Both the position numbers and the translations under genes were made by a program. DNA of 63,228 bases, counting the filler, from Cercozoa sp. M6MM (lineage: Eukaryota > Protista > Endomyxa: Ascetosporea), in the NCBI GenBank assembly GCA_040357565.1. It is 8 parts of 8 records of this genome, joined end to end, with 100 filler letters (N's around TTAATTAATTAA, not from the genome) between each part and the next. Parts side by side here need not be neighbours in the genome. Positions count along the whole stretch, not along the records: positions 30,596 to 38,843 come from JBDODJ010000554.1; positions 38,944 to 41,886 come from JBDODJ010001665.1; positions 41,987 to 48,520 come from JBDODJ010000725.1; 5 more parts are not named here. One strand, given 5' to 3'. Below, piece by piece: positions 33,870 through 45,781 of the stretch; within the stretch, counting starts at the first letter, position 1, and the number at the start of each line of letters is the position of its first letter. The notes under the pieces are model-generated. The model saw only the letters and a list, made by a program, of their open reading frames with translations. It was not told where the DNA came from and did not search any database.

Positions 33870-35973
33870 CATGTGCACCGTGCTGCCTGGAGCACTTTTC
33901 GCATTGCCGCAAGGTATCCTGGCGCCGCTCGCAGAGCAGTTTAAGTTTGCTTCATCAGAGTGTTGTTTCTTACCCAGTGCTCTTGACGAGAACTGTGCTG
34001 GATCATGTACGTGCCAATGCTTCGACAGCTGCGCCTGGCTCGACACTGACTGCTTTATGTGCTCAAGGTAAACTTAAATTTGCACAGCTTTCAGTTTGAT
34101 CGCATACCCCACGCCCCAGGTAGGGTTTACTGACTTTATTTTGTGCTAGACAACTTTCTGTCGCAACAGTGGCGCTGCAACGGATCACAGGTACTATTCG
34201 AATGAGTTATCACCTTTGTTCGATACAACTGCTGCAGCTTCATGCTCTTTCAATTTAAAATCCCAGTGGGAAGAACGTGTCACCTGTCCGTGTGACTGCT
34301 GCGACGGCTTGCTTTGTCCTTGTGGTAAATCAGTTTAGTGCGACGGTTATTGAGATTCATAATTATGTTGAATCGAACGGGTATCATCGCAGAAGTGAAT
34401 CAAGGTGGACTCGACTGCTCATACAAGATCGCTTGCTCCGAAACGTAAGCCAAGCAAGCTTCTACAGTAGTCTCATTAGAAGTACTGAACTCTATAGGGC
34501 GGCAGCGAGAGGCCCAGTACTCCCTGGTGCGGCCTGCAGTCGCTCTGATGAGGATGCCTGTCTAGCTGGTGCATGCGCCGAACCGACGGATATCATTCTG
34601 AGTGGTATACACATACCTCTTAACTGGCTGGGTACTGTTCCGGATCCTGAACGGTATGTTGTGTCTACTCGCAGTGCACACAAGGATAGCATTCTCACCA
34701 CTGTCTTCGCTAGTATTAAACGAACTGGCCGACACTGTCGATGTTGTTCTGCAGCGCTCACTGTTCCTTTCGCCGGCCACGGTGCACATTCTCGGCGTGT
34801 TTCCTTCGATGCCTGAGCACGAGTACCATTAGTACTATCTGTTGGTGTCGTTGTGGGTAATACTTTTGCTGTTCAGTGGAGGCACGGCTCACGTGCATGC
34901 CTTGTTGACGGCATCACGAGACAACACAGCCTTCCTGTCGACTTACAGCGTGCATTGTTCTCCTGCAACCGAGTCATTCAAGTACCCGTACGCGTGTGAT
35001 ACATTTAGACAAGTGGTACCAACGAGACTGAGCTAATGGAGGACGCTCTGGTGCGACGGCAGACCTTGTTGCTACTTATCGATTCGGTCTTGCCTCAGGT
35101 TGCTTCCACTTTGTTGCTGTAGCTTTGACGAGTCAGGATAGCTATATCACAGGAACTCGAGATGACACTGGAACGATTTCGAGGCTCGACTCCTCTCGTT
35201 GGAGGTACAGACAGTTTGCTTTTCAGGTAAGTAGTAGCGATACACTAATTGCTTGAGCAGTCGAAAACACCAACACTTCCTTGCTGTCACTGATTCGCAC
35301 ACCTTCGATCGAAGAGGAAGTCGAATTTCTCACGCGTGTCTTTGTTCCTCGAGGTATGCACCTCTTTCATATTGCAGTTTTCTCGAAACATCGTGTGTGC
35401 GTAGAAGAAAGAGAGCACTCCGATATCGACACCGTGGTGTTGGGTGTCCTGATACCCTTGGGTCTGTCGCTCGTGTTTCTAATTTGCTCCCTATGCATCT
35501 GGTACTGTGCAGTTTCCAACAATAGACCACTCGTAGTTTTATTACACTACCTTCCTTACAGGTGGACCTCAGGTGGTGAAGGCAGCCGTTCTGTGTTACG
35601 ACGGTGGCGCAGTCGCTTTCGACACGACCGACGCCGCTCGGCAGGGGCGCTGTCCGAGTCAGCATCGTTTGGCACTCACAGCGAGACTGAAACGCATGCC
35701 TCATCCACGCAAAGCGAAACCAACAGTCGTACCCTCAGTGTGCACAGCGACAGGAAGAGCGAGAGTGATGACGTCGGCGACGATACTGAAATTGAGATGC
35801 ACGAGACCACGCACATTGACGACGAAGAGGCCGAACGGACTTCGGACGTCCAAACACATACACACAGTACAGACACAGCAAAGGTGAGAAGGAAAAGTTC
35901 CGCCCGGGTATCGAGCACGATCTCCACAGCGTCTACATTCACTCCGACGCGAAGCCTGTCACCTACGTACTGA
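33870..35973 (+). CDS. hypothetical single-pass membrane protein
   Basis: Multi-exon, Cys-containing N-terminal part, TM VVLGVLIPLGLSLVFLICSLCIW and Ser/Thr/acidic tail; start uncertain. Confidence 0.5.
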
Positions 35974-36217
35974 TAGAACCATACAGTATTGTTACTACAG
36001 TCCAAACCCAATTCAACTGACTCTGGGTCTAGCAGGCGAAGCAACGACTGCGGAAGGAGGAGGGACATGCGAAGATGGAGCTCGTCCTCCTCCGTCTTTC
36101 GACGACGCATGTCGATTTGTGACACAGATCATGTGCGTGCCGAAGATTGCTGGCATGAGTGTACTGTGGACTACGACGTGTAACAGCTTAAGTCTGGGTG
36201 ACTACATCGTGTTTCAG

Positions 36218-37214
36218 CTAAATCGTGCTTGCAACGGACAATTGAACCGTTAGTGATAGATTATTCATATCGTTGATGCTGCCGTTTTCGACGCTTGCGC
36301 CAGGAACGACGCACACGCCACATGATACCGGCGAAGCACACAACGAGGGCCACGATGCCGAAAGAAAACGCAACAGGCGACTTAGTGATCTATAGAGGCG
36401 TTGCCAACGTGCATAACTCTCCAGCTTCTGCCGAACTACCAGGGGGGTGGGTGGGGCAAGCGGACATACCATAGTGCCAAGAAAGGACGGGTTGGCTTCA
36501 AGCACATCGCACTGTGACGGCATCACGGCGAGTGTGTCGCAAGCGTAAGACATCTCGACTTCGTCACTGCGCGGTACAGGAACGCACCTGCTCTTGTCGG
36601 GCAGCTTCGGGACCAAATTGTGCGCATTCTCGTTGGCTTCTTGCAGCTAAAATTAAAGGCGTTTACCCTCAGGTCCGAAAATACTCATTTCTGAAGCTGA
36701 TGCAATTTACAATTTCCTCCTCGGCCTCGGAGAGTTTGTACTCCTCAACGTGCGAGCCAAAATCAAAGGGATCCGGTAAGTGTACGCGTCCAACGTGACA
36801 CCAAGCACATGCCTCGTCCTCCTGTGAGTGACCATTTGATTTCAACCGCGGAGACATCGTAAGTATACGTTTTATCCAATCGATACCGAACATGCCTGAC
36901 AGAAGCTGTATGTCCCGCAGTACTGCGTCTGTCGTCCATCTTGAATTGACTGACGCTGCCCAGTGTCAACAAACTTAGTTTCGCATACCCTAACGACAGG
37001 AAAAGGTGTAAATTACCAGGAAGTACGGTGCCTTTAGCGTAAACGGGTCGGGGCAAAATGCCATGTATCGCACGACCTTGTCGGTCCCGTTCTGATCTTC
37101 CGGGCCTACACACTTTGCCTTATTGACATTCCACACGCAGCGACTTCTTGAGTCGTCGTCACTGCGAACGCAATTTTCACATCCACGACGACGTGAGCAT
37201 TCTTGCGCTACCAT
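36218..37214 (-). CDS. hypothetical protein with N-terminal PSI-like Cys motif
   Basis: CSRRRGCENCV...CVWN...KC...FCP spacing resembles a PSI/plexin repeat; 3' end uncertain. Confidence 0.4.
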
Positions 37215-37563
37215 GCCTATTTACATGCCGGGGTAAAACGGAACTATAGTACCGTAATTTTCGGTAGATGTTTGCATCATTTGACAAGCCATGAAGTTTT
37301 GCTTACCTGACCGTGTCGGAGCTCAGTAGTGTAGTCACCGCGGAAAAAACGACCGAGGCACGTGTTTGCGCACTCACACACGAGCGAGTAGAGTGTTCCG
37401 GTATTCGCACGAGTTTTCACGTATTAAAACACCTGACAATCTGTGAAACTCGGCCTTTTGAACAAGTCCGAAAACGAAACTATCGTTTCGCGTACAACTC
37501 ATCCTAGCACGTCTTTGTGTCTAAACGACTTGAACCGGTCAGAGAAACAGAGAGGATTTAGCA

Positions 37564-38184
37564 ATGGACTTTGTCGAAGTACCGATATATGGTGAGTTCA
37601 CCTGATCTCGGTAGAAATTAGTGTGAAAATCGCTGTTGTGTCATTCACAGGCGAGGAGCTCGACTTTGTGTGTGTCGACACGAGCAATTCGTCCACTCCT
37701 ATTATGGAGGTACGCGATGTAGGCACATGTACGAACCCGGTCCCTGCCATACCAGAACGACGAGACAACAGCGTGTGTACGGATGCTCTGAAATGCGTGT
37801 CTGCGTTTACGCAAACGGAAACTGAACGTGACGAGGAGGATATCGATGTCAGGTGCCTGACTTCGTCACTGCGACATGTGCGATTGCACACTACCAGTGA
37901 ACACTGATAAATGTAGTGAAAACGAGCTTTGCATCGTTGTCACGAACTACGACGTCGATTCCGACGACACTCGAGCGAGCACGCCCAGTTTGAGCTCAGT
38001 CGAACACGAGGCACTCACGGAAGCAGAACTCGAGCTATGCAACAGCGAACCGGAAGAAACCGACGCTGCTGACGACTTAGAACCGCTGCTGTTCAGTTGC
38101 AAAGAAAGGTCTGCCGAACGGCGAGCTCGCTCGGTAAAACCGCTGGGGGGGGGCGGAGGTGGGGACAGGGGGTATTTGAAATGA
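37564..38184 (+). CDS. acidic hypothetical protein
   Basis: MDFVEVPIY|GEELDFVCVD across a GT-AG intron; acidic downstream ORFs. Confidence 0.4.
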
Positions 38185-38575
38185 AACCCGAGTAATTTGT
38201 TTTATTTCTGGAGGTTGAACGTTGGTATGTACAGCTGTGGCTCGATCGCAAAAAGAAGTCATTGATGCAAACGCGAAAGCTGCGACACTATCGAATTATT
38301 GCTCGCGCGATCCGACGCAACCGCCGACTGCTGCGCAAGATAAAATCCAAGCTCTGACCGCCGCGAGTGGCTAAACTCACTCCACCGACCAAAGCACGGC
38401 ACGGCTCGACACGACAGGACAACCAAACGGTTGGGAGTAACACGACCACCAAGCAAGCTACCGTAGAGTTATTATATAATTTAAACAGCGACAAGCGCTG
38501 CGACTGTTTGAACAACTGAACCGTGAACTTGCAACACTGGGAGTGAAGTGCGTCACGTCGCGTACTTCAGTCCAG

Positions 38576-38778
38576 TTAGCGCAGGATGGCCTCAATGGCC
38601 TTGATCTGCCAGTCCTCGGCCGAGTCAAGCTTGCGCGTGATGGCGGACACCTTGGGGTTGCCCGACGCAGCGCTGCCCGAGGCCGAAGCACCCGGCGACG
38701 GACGCGCGCTGAGGCCCGGTGACGGACGCGACGGAGCCGGGCGACCAGACGGCGGACCAGGGCGACCGGCCGGCGGGC
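38576..38778 (-). CDS. terminal exon of a Pro/Gly-rich protein (5' truncated)
   Basis: tag acceptor after (GT)n; PPAGRPGPPSGRPAPSRP...DWQIKAIEAILR*; GC3-rich codons. Confidence 0.6.
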
Positions 38779-38795
38779 CTACACACGACAGTACA

Positions 38796-38843
<48 letters not shown>

Positions 38844-39466
38844 NNNNNNNNNNNNNNNNNNNNNNNNNNNNNNNNNNNNNNNNNNNNTTAATTAATTAAN
38901 NNNNNNNNNNNNNNNNNNNNNNNNNNNNNNNNNNNNNNNNNNNACCTTTGGTGTGTAAGACCAACGCGATAACCACTACGCTACAGATACAGCAGCCTGC
39001 GACCGGTAACTGGTATGCGTCGTTGCGCATGAATATCGATTCAGACACACCCATTTCGATCACTTTAACACGTTTCATGGGCCAACATCACGCAGAGTGC
39101 AAATAAATTTTAGAACACGGCCAGGATTTGCGCAGTTGCTGATCCATCTAGGAGAACAAGATAAACTCCATGTTTTGCTTTTTACACGGTGAAGTTGTCG
39201 CGTGTGTATGACGGGAGCGTGCAGGCTAGTCAGTTCTTTGTTAGTGTGTATCGGAGTCGTGCGGAGTCCCTTACCACAGTAGGCAGTGGTAGTTCCTTCG
39301 GCTTTGTGCTTCTGTTTTGGTCATACTGCGCAGTGAGCACCGCTGCCACGACGCAGGTCCTGGCGACAAAACAGAAGATGATCGGAACAGAAAGGTGCAG
39401 CAGGCACGGGATCACTCCCAGTTTTTTCTTTTCATCAAGTTTAGAGAAGCACGCAGGCAGAGCATA

Positions 39467-40177
39467 ATGTCGGTGGTGAAATTAGTGCTCCCAACGGGCG
39501 AGATCCGACGAATCTCGTTTGGTAGTCTTTTTTTTTTGTTCGTTCCAAGTTCTAACATGTCAGCGTCCGAGCTGAGCTGATTTGACTTCTGGTGACATCT
39601 CTCTGCAGACGAAGGTGAAACTGAGGGTGCTGACGATGCTCGAATGCGCATGCTGAGACAGCAGGGTACATTAAACTTGGGTTCAACGACATGTGTTTGC
39701 GCACGGGAGCAAATGAGATTCTATTGTTGTAATTTAGTCGAGGCGCTTGTGGGCCCGTCCTTCAAGCTCGAGTACACTGATGATGAAAACGACGTCGTCA
39801 CGCTTGGCTCTGCGTCGAGGGACCTCGACGATGCACTCGCCGTGTACGCTGCCCTTTTCTTTCTGATCAGGGCCTCCGCGATGGGCACTTCCTAATCGAA
39901 TCGCAGGGCCTCGGTGATGGGCAAGATGCTGAGACTCACAGTCACGGTGCCCGCCGCTGCTCCGTCGCCTCCTGTCGCGCCGCAGCCGCAGCCGCAGCCA
40001 CAACCTCCTGTCAGCGGCAACAACAACGTCGGCGGCAGCAACAGTGACGGTGGCGTGGCGGTCTTTGGCTGGCCGATTGTTCGACCACACTCCGACCGCG
40101 CTTCGCGACCGATCACGAAGGGCCAGAAAACGTCCCGACGCGCCGGCGTGCTGGAAGCTCCTCGTGCAGATGTTTAA
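39467..40177 (+). CDS. PB1-domain protein
   Basis: MSVVKLVLPTGEIRRISF (basic PB1 start), FKLEYTDDENDVVTLGSASRDLDDAL (OPCA motif), LRLTV, then a PQ-rich tail. Confidence 0.75.
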
Positions 40178-40537
40178 CTCACTTCCGTTCGCGTCCGGTC
40201 GCGTCGCTGTTGGTCCGTGCTCTCAGAGTAGCCTGTCCTATACAACCTCGTGATATCGGCGACCAACCATGCCATGGTCAGTCTGCACATACTCGACTAT
40301 AAAGCAGCTTTCCATTTTGCCCCGTCGACGCCGCGCGCGTGCACGGCAGCAGTTGTTCTGCTATATTGTATTATTGCATGCTCGAAGCGAATTTTCTTTC
40401 TCGTGAATCGTTGAATGTTTGTCCACAGCTAGTGCACTAAGTTGAACTGAGTGCAACTTGCGTTGGCACAGACAATAGGATGTTTCTGTCGTTCAGTTCA
40501 CGTCAGTTTGATTTTGCAACTCGGCCTAGACTCGTGC

Positions 40538-41886
40538 CTAGTAGCCACGGCGGCGTTGTCCGTGGCTACGGCCACGGCCATGGCCACGTCCACGTCCACG
40601 CGCACGGCCACGTCCACGCGCACGGCCACCACCGCTGCCGTAGACGCGCTCACCCTGCATCAGAACAGCCGCGAGTCACGGAGAAACCAAAGTGAGGAGT
40701 ACTGTTTGAGACTGAGTTACCTGCTTGTACTCCTCATGAGACGACTCGTACTTGGGCTGCTCGTAGGACGGAGCCTCGTACTTGGGCTGATCGTAGGAAG
40801 GCGCCTGGTACTTGGGCTGCTCGTAGGACGGAGCTTCGTACTTGGGCTGATCGTAGGAAGGAGCCTGGTACTTGGGAGTCTGTTGGAACATGCTTTCCAC
40901 ATATCCCAATCACTTGATTTCGAGGAAATGTGTTTGTACCTCGTAGGACGGTGCCTCATACTTGGGCTGATCGTAGGAGGGAGCTTCATACTTGGGCTGC
41001 TCGTAGGACGGAGCTTCATACTTGGGCGCCTGGTGCAGGCAAACATATAGAGCAGTACTGATAGAGCGCGGGCACACAGCAAGAGGTTTGCTGTACCTCG
41101 TACTTGGGCGTCTCGTACTTGGGAGCTTCGTACTGAGGGTTCATCTGGTAGCTGCCAGACTCGTACTTGGGCTGCTCATACTTGGGCGACTCGTATTTGG
41201 GTTGCTCATACTTGGGCGACTCGTACTTGGGTTGCTCATACTTGGGCGACTCGTACTTGGGTTGCTGTGAAATGTCACGTTTATGTAAACTTAATTTACG
41301 CTAAACGTAAAGACTTCGGTAAGTAGGTACCTCGTACGAAGGAGCCTCATACTTGGGTTGGTCGTAGGAAGGAGCCTCATACTTGGGTTGATCGTACGAA
41401 GGCGCTTGGTACTTGGGTTGCTCGTAGGACGGTGCCTCGTACTTGGGTGCGTCATACGAAGGAGCCTCGTACTTGGGTGCCTACAACAAGATTCAAAAAT
41501 GCAAAACAGTTTGCACACTAAGCAGTAGACACGGGTACCTCGTATTTCGGCGACTCGTACTTGGGTGCCTTGTACTGAGGGTTCATCTTGTAGCTCCCGG
41601 ATTCGTACTTGGGAGCCTCATATTTCGGTGCCTGCAGATGTATCAGCAACAGCTCAAGTGAATTCACATGACAACTGAAGCTTAGGAAGTCAATGGAAGA
41701 TAAACCTCGTATTTTGGTGCATCATACGAGGGCGCCTCGTACTTGGGTTGCTACCAAAAAGCATAGCTGATTATAGAGGACAGTCTGTGCTTTGGGATAC
41801 AGTATATCAGGACAAAGTACCTCGTAGGACGGAGCCTCGTACTTGGGTTGCTCATACGAAGGTGCCTCATACTTGGGTTGCTCATA
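40538..41886 (-). CDS. Tyr/Pro/Lys/Glu repeat protein with RG-rich C-terminus (5' truncated)
   Basis: Phase-0 exons of (QPKYE/APSYE/APSYD)n; last exon GERVYGSGGGRARGRGRARGRGRGHGRGRSHGQRRRGY*. Confidence 0.85.
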
Positions 41887-41986
41887 NNNNNNNNNNNNNN
41901 NNNNNNNNNNNNNNNNNNNNNNNNNNNNNNTTAATTAATTAANNNNNNNNNNNNNNNNNNNNNNNNNNNNNNNNNNNNNNNNNNNN

Positions 41987-42028
<42 letters not shown>

Positions 42029-42854
42029 CGCTACCCACCTGTTGTATTCCCCAGCTGGCTTGCTGCGAAGCGAAACTCAAGGCAATGTTTAATCCTGTGC
42101 CAGCTGGCTGCACGTTGACGTTTGCGACCGAGGAGGCTCGTCTCGCTGGCACGAGCGCGTACTTCCACATCCTCTGCCGGCTCGCTGTTTTGCACGTCAC
42201 TGCTCTCGACAAGGTCCGAGGCTCCAAAGTCACGAGGCCGCGCGACGCGAGATAGTCGGCCGAACTGGCTTTACCGCGCGGCGAGTGCTCCCCTGTTCGC
42301 TTGCTGCTGCGTTTTTTTCGTTAGTAGTGCAGTTTTTTAAGAATGTGTTACTGACAGTTGTCGTGAAAAGAACTAAATAAAAGAGGTAAGTCGTCAATTA
42401 GACGAAGCGGGGAAATTAAATAATTCAGTTTGTAGAAGCGAAGTGAAGAATTACGAGTTTTTCTGTCAAACTAGACGGAGTTGTGGACGGAAAATCGTAA
42501 GAAGACTATGAAAAAAAGCCTTCTCTCTACAGCAGCCAATGCTTGTTTGTAGAGGTGAATACCAGTACAAACTGCAGAGCGACTGGCCGGCTGATGCCAA
42601 GCAGATGAGGTTTTCACTTTTGCCGACTTGCAAGCTCAATCTGCAGAGCAGGAGTTGGCCACAAGCACGCCGGGCGCATGCCGAAGAATCTTGCGGCAGT
42701 ACGCGCTCATGAGCGACGGCAGTCGATGCCGACGCTGCTCGAAAAGCGTACGGAACGCAAGACCAAACATATGCACACTGCCTGGCGGGACGGCGGCGTG
42801 GACCTGCACTATGTGTGCCAACAGGCACAGCTGTAACTTGTGAGTTGTGTGCAG

Positions 42855-42911
42855 GGTTTCCACAAGGTGCTCGGCAAGGGCGTCCTGCCGAAGAATCCTG
42901 CCATCGTTAAG
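42855..42911 (+). pseudogene. RPL27A: isolated exon-sized fragment of 60S ribosomal protein uL15 (L27a)
   Basis: tgtgcag acceptor then GFHKVLGKGVLPKNPAIVK, matching the uL15 motif GxxKVLGKGxLPxxPxIVK; no other uL15 sequence recognised nearby. Confidence 0.7.
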
Positions 42912-44013
42912 GGCAACTGTCTTTATGGTTCCCCTGCGTTCTCGTCGCCTAAGCTCCGGCGTCGGATCCTTTTGCTTTTGTTAGCTCTCCTCTATTAGTT
43001 TGCCTAGACTCGCGGCATCCAACAGCGTATTGTACAGGTTGTACTGCAGTCCAGTCACCGACAGTAGTAAAATTTACGCTTCTGCGCTGAACACGCGGCG
43101 CGTAGAACCAGCGTGTTGACAAAAACCAGTGCACATTAAATGATGTGTCTCCATAACTTTGTCTTGTGACCCACCCCCGGACTGGTGTAGGAGAACTTTC
43201 CTAGACTGAACTAACTAACAGTCTCCGTGGCTTTGCAATTGGACCGCACTGGAGAGCTGTGCCAAGCGCAACAACAGTCATGTCTGGTAGTCACCACTGG
43301 CCCATAAGTTTTAGAGCAACAGAGAGACCTGCTCGTCACTAAAATTTACGATGTCGTCGCTGCCGCCTGCGCATGCTACGTGGTGTGATCACATGAGTCA
43401 CACATGGTCACATGGGTCACCTAACGACTCGCACCGTCAGGAGGATCCACGGCGATACTGCTTGACACCGACCTCGAGTCAGTTAGCTCGCCGAGACCGA
43501 GAAGCCCACTGGGCAGAGTCGCAGCTGCGCTGCCTGCCCTGCGTGTCTTCGTGCAGGACACAAGCAACTGTGGGCGGGCCAGTGCCTGCTGGGAGGCTGG
43601 CTCTTCGGCAGTTGCTTCCTGTCCCGGCAGACGCCATAATGCGTTCTGCTGCGCGTTGCTGGGCTGGCCTCAGTCAGTAAGCTGAGTCTTCAATTGTGCG
43701 CCGTGGGCCGTATTGGTGCTGTTACTAACACTCACACTCCAATCCAACTCGCGTTTCCGTAGTCGTTGGTAGCATCCCTCCCTGCATTAAAAATTCGTAA
43801 CCTGCCTCCGGCATTGCCCGCAGTCATAGCGCAGACTAATCCGAATTCAGTTTGATAACATTTTTGTGGCAATAATTACCCTCCAAAAACGCAGTAACAA
43901 AGTATCCACACGACTGACACGACGAAGAGCGTCGTTGGCCGGCGTGTTGTTAAAAAAAAACTGAAATCAATGTTCGCCGTCGCTGTCGCTACCACTCACG
44001 TCGGCAGTCGGGT

Positions 44014-45180
44014 TCAAACAATCACGCAGGTTTTTCTTTGCCGCCGGCTCTCGTTTTGGGTGTCAGTCACCTACATGCAGGGGAGAGATCAGATAAACTT
44101 ACACTAGACGGGCAAAGAACACCGCTTACCGCCAACACGGCCTCATCAAACACAAGACCAACGTTCGTTCTCTGCACAGACAAGGCATGAGTATCAGCAG
44201 TAGCACTCCCATAACATGTCGCTGAACGCACTGTCAAGGCACTGCACCTGCAAAGCACACACACACACACACACACACATACAAAAGGCAAAGCAAAAAA
44301 AAAAAAAAAAAAACACGACTCACTCGATGTACTTGACGGCGCCGAGCTGTCGAGCGCACTCGCGGCCCTGCTGCGTCGAGATAGGCACCATGCCCTTGGC
44401 CGACAGCTCGCGCACCTGCTGCTCGTTATCGCGCAGGTCGACTTTGGTGCCGACGAGGATCCACGGCACGCCAGGACAGTGGTGGTTCACCTGCTCGGCC
44501 AACAGATGAAAGTGTGCGACGCACTTCAGCGACATTGAGAATACCTCGGGGTGCCACTTGGACTTGACGTTGGCGAGCGAATCCGGCTGCGTCACCGAGA
44601 AGCAGATCAGGAATATGTTGGTCTTGGGGTACGACAGCGGCCGCAGTCGGTCAAAGTCCTCCTGGCCGGCCGTATCCCACAGGTCGACCTTGACGCTCTG
44701 TGTTAGTGCCAGCGTACACACACACCCACACCCACACCCACACCCACACCCACACCCACACCCTCACCCACACCCACACACCCCACCCACACACCCCACC
44801 CACACACACACACACCCACACCCACACGCACACCCACACACACACACACACCGCGCCGTCAGCTGGTTCAGTCAGCCAGTGAGCGTCGGTCAGTGTCCAG
44901 GGAGAGGCGGCAGTGCCGCTTGGCAGACAGGGACTACTGTACCTCCCCATTCACGTCAATGGACGTCGTCGTGTTCTCGAACACAGTTGGTACGTAGCGC
45001 TTTGGGAACTCGTTCTTGGTGCGGGCTATCAAGAGACTGGACGCAGCACCACAAACATACAAACGCACACACCACGCGCACCCAAACGGTGCGAGCGTGC
45101 ATCGGGTGCAACTACCAGGTCTTGCCGACGGCGCCGTCACCGACCAGCACCACCTTCAGCGGCTCGGCGTTGTCGCCCAT
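44014..45180 (-). CDS. Rho-family (Rac-like) small GTPase, 7 exons
   Basis: KVVLVGDGAVGKTC, YVPTVFEN, LWDTAGQEDFDRLRPLSYP, LVGTKVDLR, ECSALT; polybasic tail and CAAX (RRQRKTCVIV*). Confidence 0.95.
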
Positions 45181-45781
45181 GAACGAAACTGGAAACTGAA
45201 AGAAGACCAAAGCAAAATAAAATAAGGGGGGCAAAGCAAAAGAAAATAAGGCAAGTGACATTAAAGGAAGAGGGGCAGTACAACAACTAGCACAGTACCA
45301 GCACACGTCCCACACGACGCAAAGCAATCCTACAACGCGATCAGCATCTGACTTTACTGAAGAGTTGAAACGAAAATTCCCGTTTTGGCCACGAGGCTAA
45401 GTTTTTATGGAGCTGACGAACTTATCACCGAATTGATATTCCTTGACTTAGTTGATAGGGTAGCTGCAGAGTTTCAAGATACGTCAATATTGGAAAGTGT
45501 GAATTTTATGAACTGCTGACAGATGAGCCGATATCACACATCGGCTCACCCGCCAATTCGAATTCCACACTCCGTCGCTTACGCTAATAAGACACGCGTC
45601 GAGCTTAGAGATCGTTGCGGGTGGTAATCGCGGCACGCTTTGACCTGTTGTGGATTTTTGACATTTTTGTTTCTGTTGTTTGTCGCTGATTATTGTTTGT
45701 GTTAATTGGGCAGCAGTTTAAGACTTCCAAAAACCAAAATAAACAAAGGAAAACATTGAGTCTTTCGCTGCGAGAACCAAC

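Noticed and set aside
33914-33977. Possible U12-type intron (GTATCCT donor)
   Set aside because: The donor continues GG rather than TT, there is no properly placed TCCTTAAC branch site, and no AT-AC introns were seen.
40700-41886. Regular 15/30-nt repeats resembling a CRISPR array or minisatellite
   Set aside because: No unique spacers; variation falls at synonymous positions of a minus-strand coding repeat.
43139-43209. C/D box snoRNA candidate (ATGATGT...CTGA)
   Set aside because: Imperfect C box, no terminal stem, and no convincing rRNA complementarity by eye.
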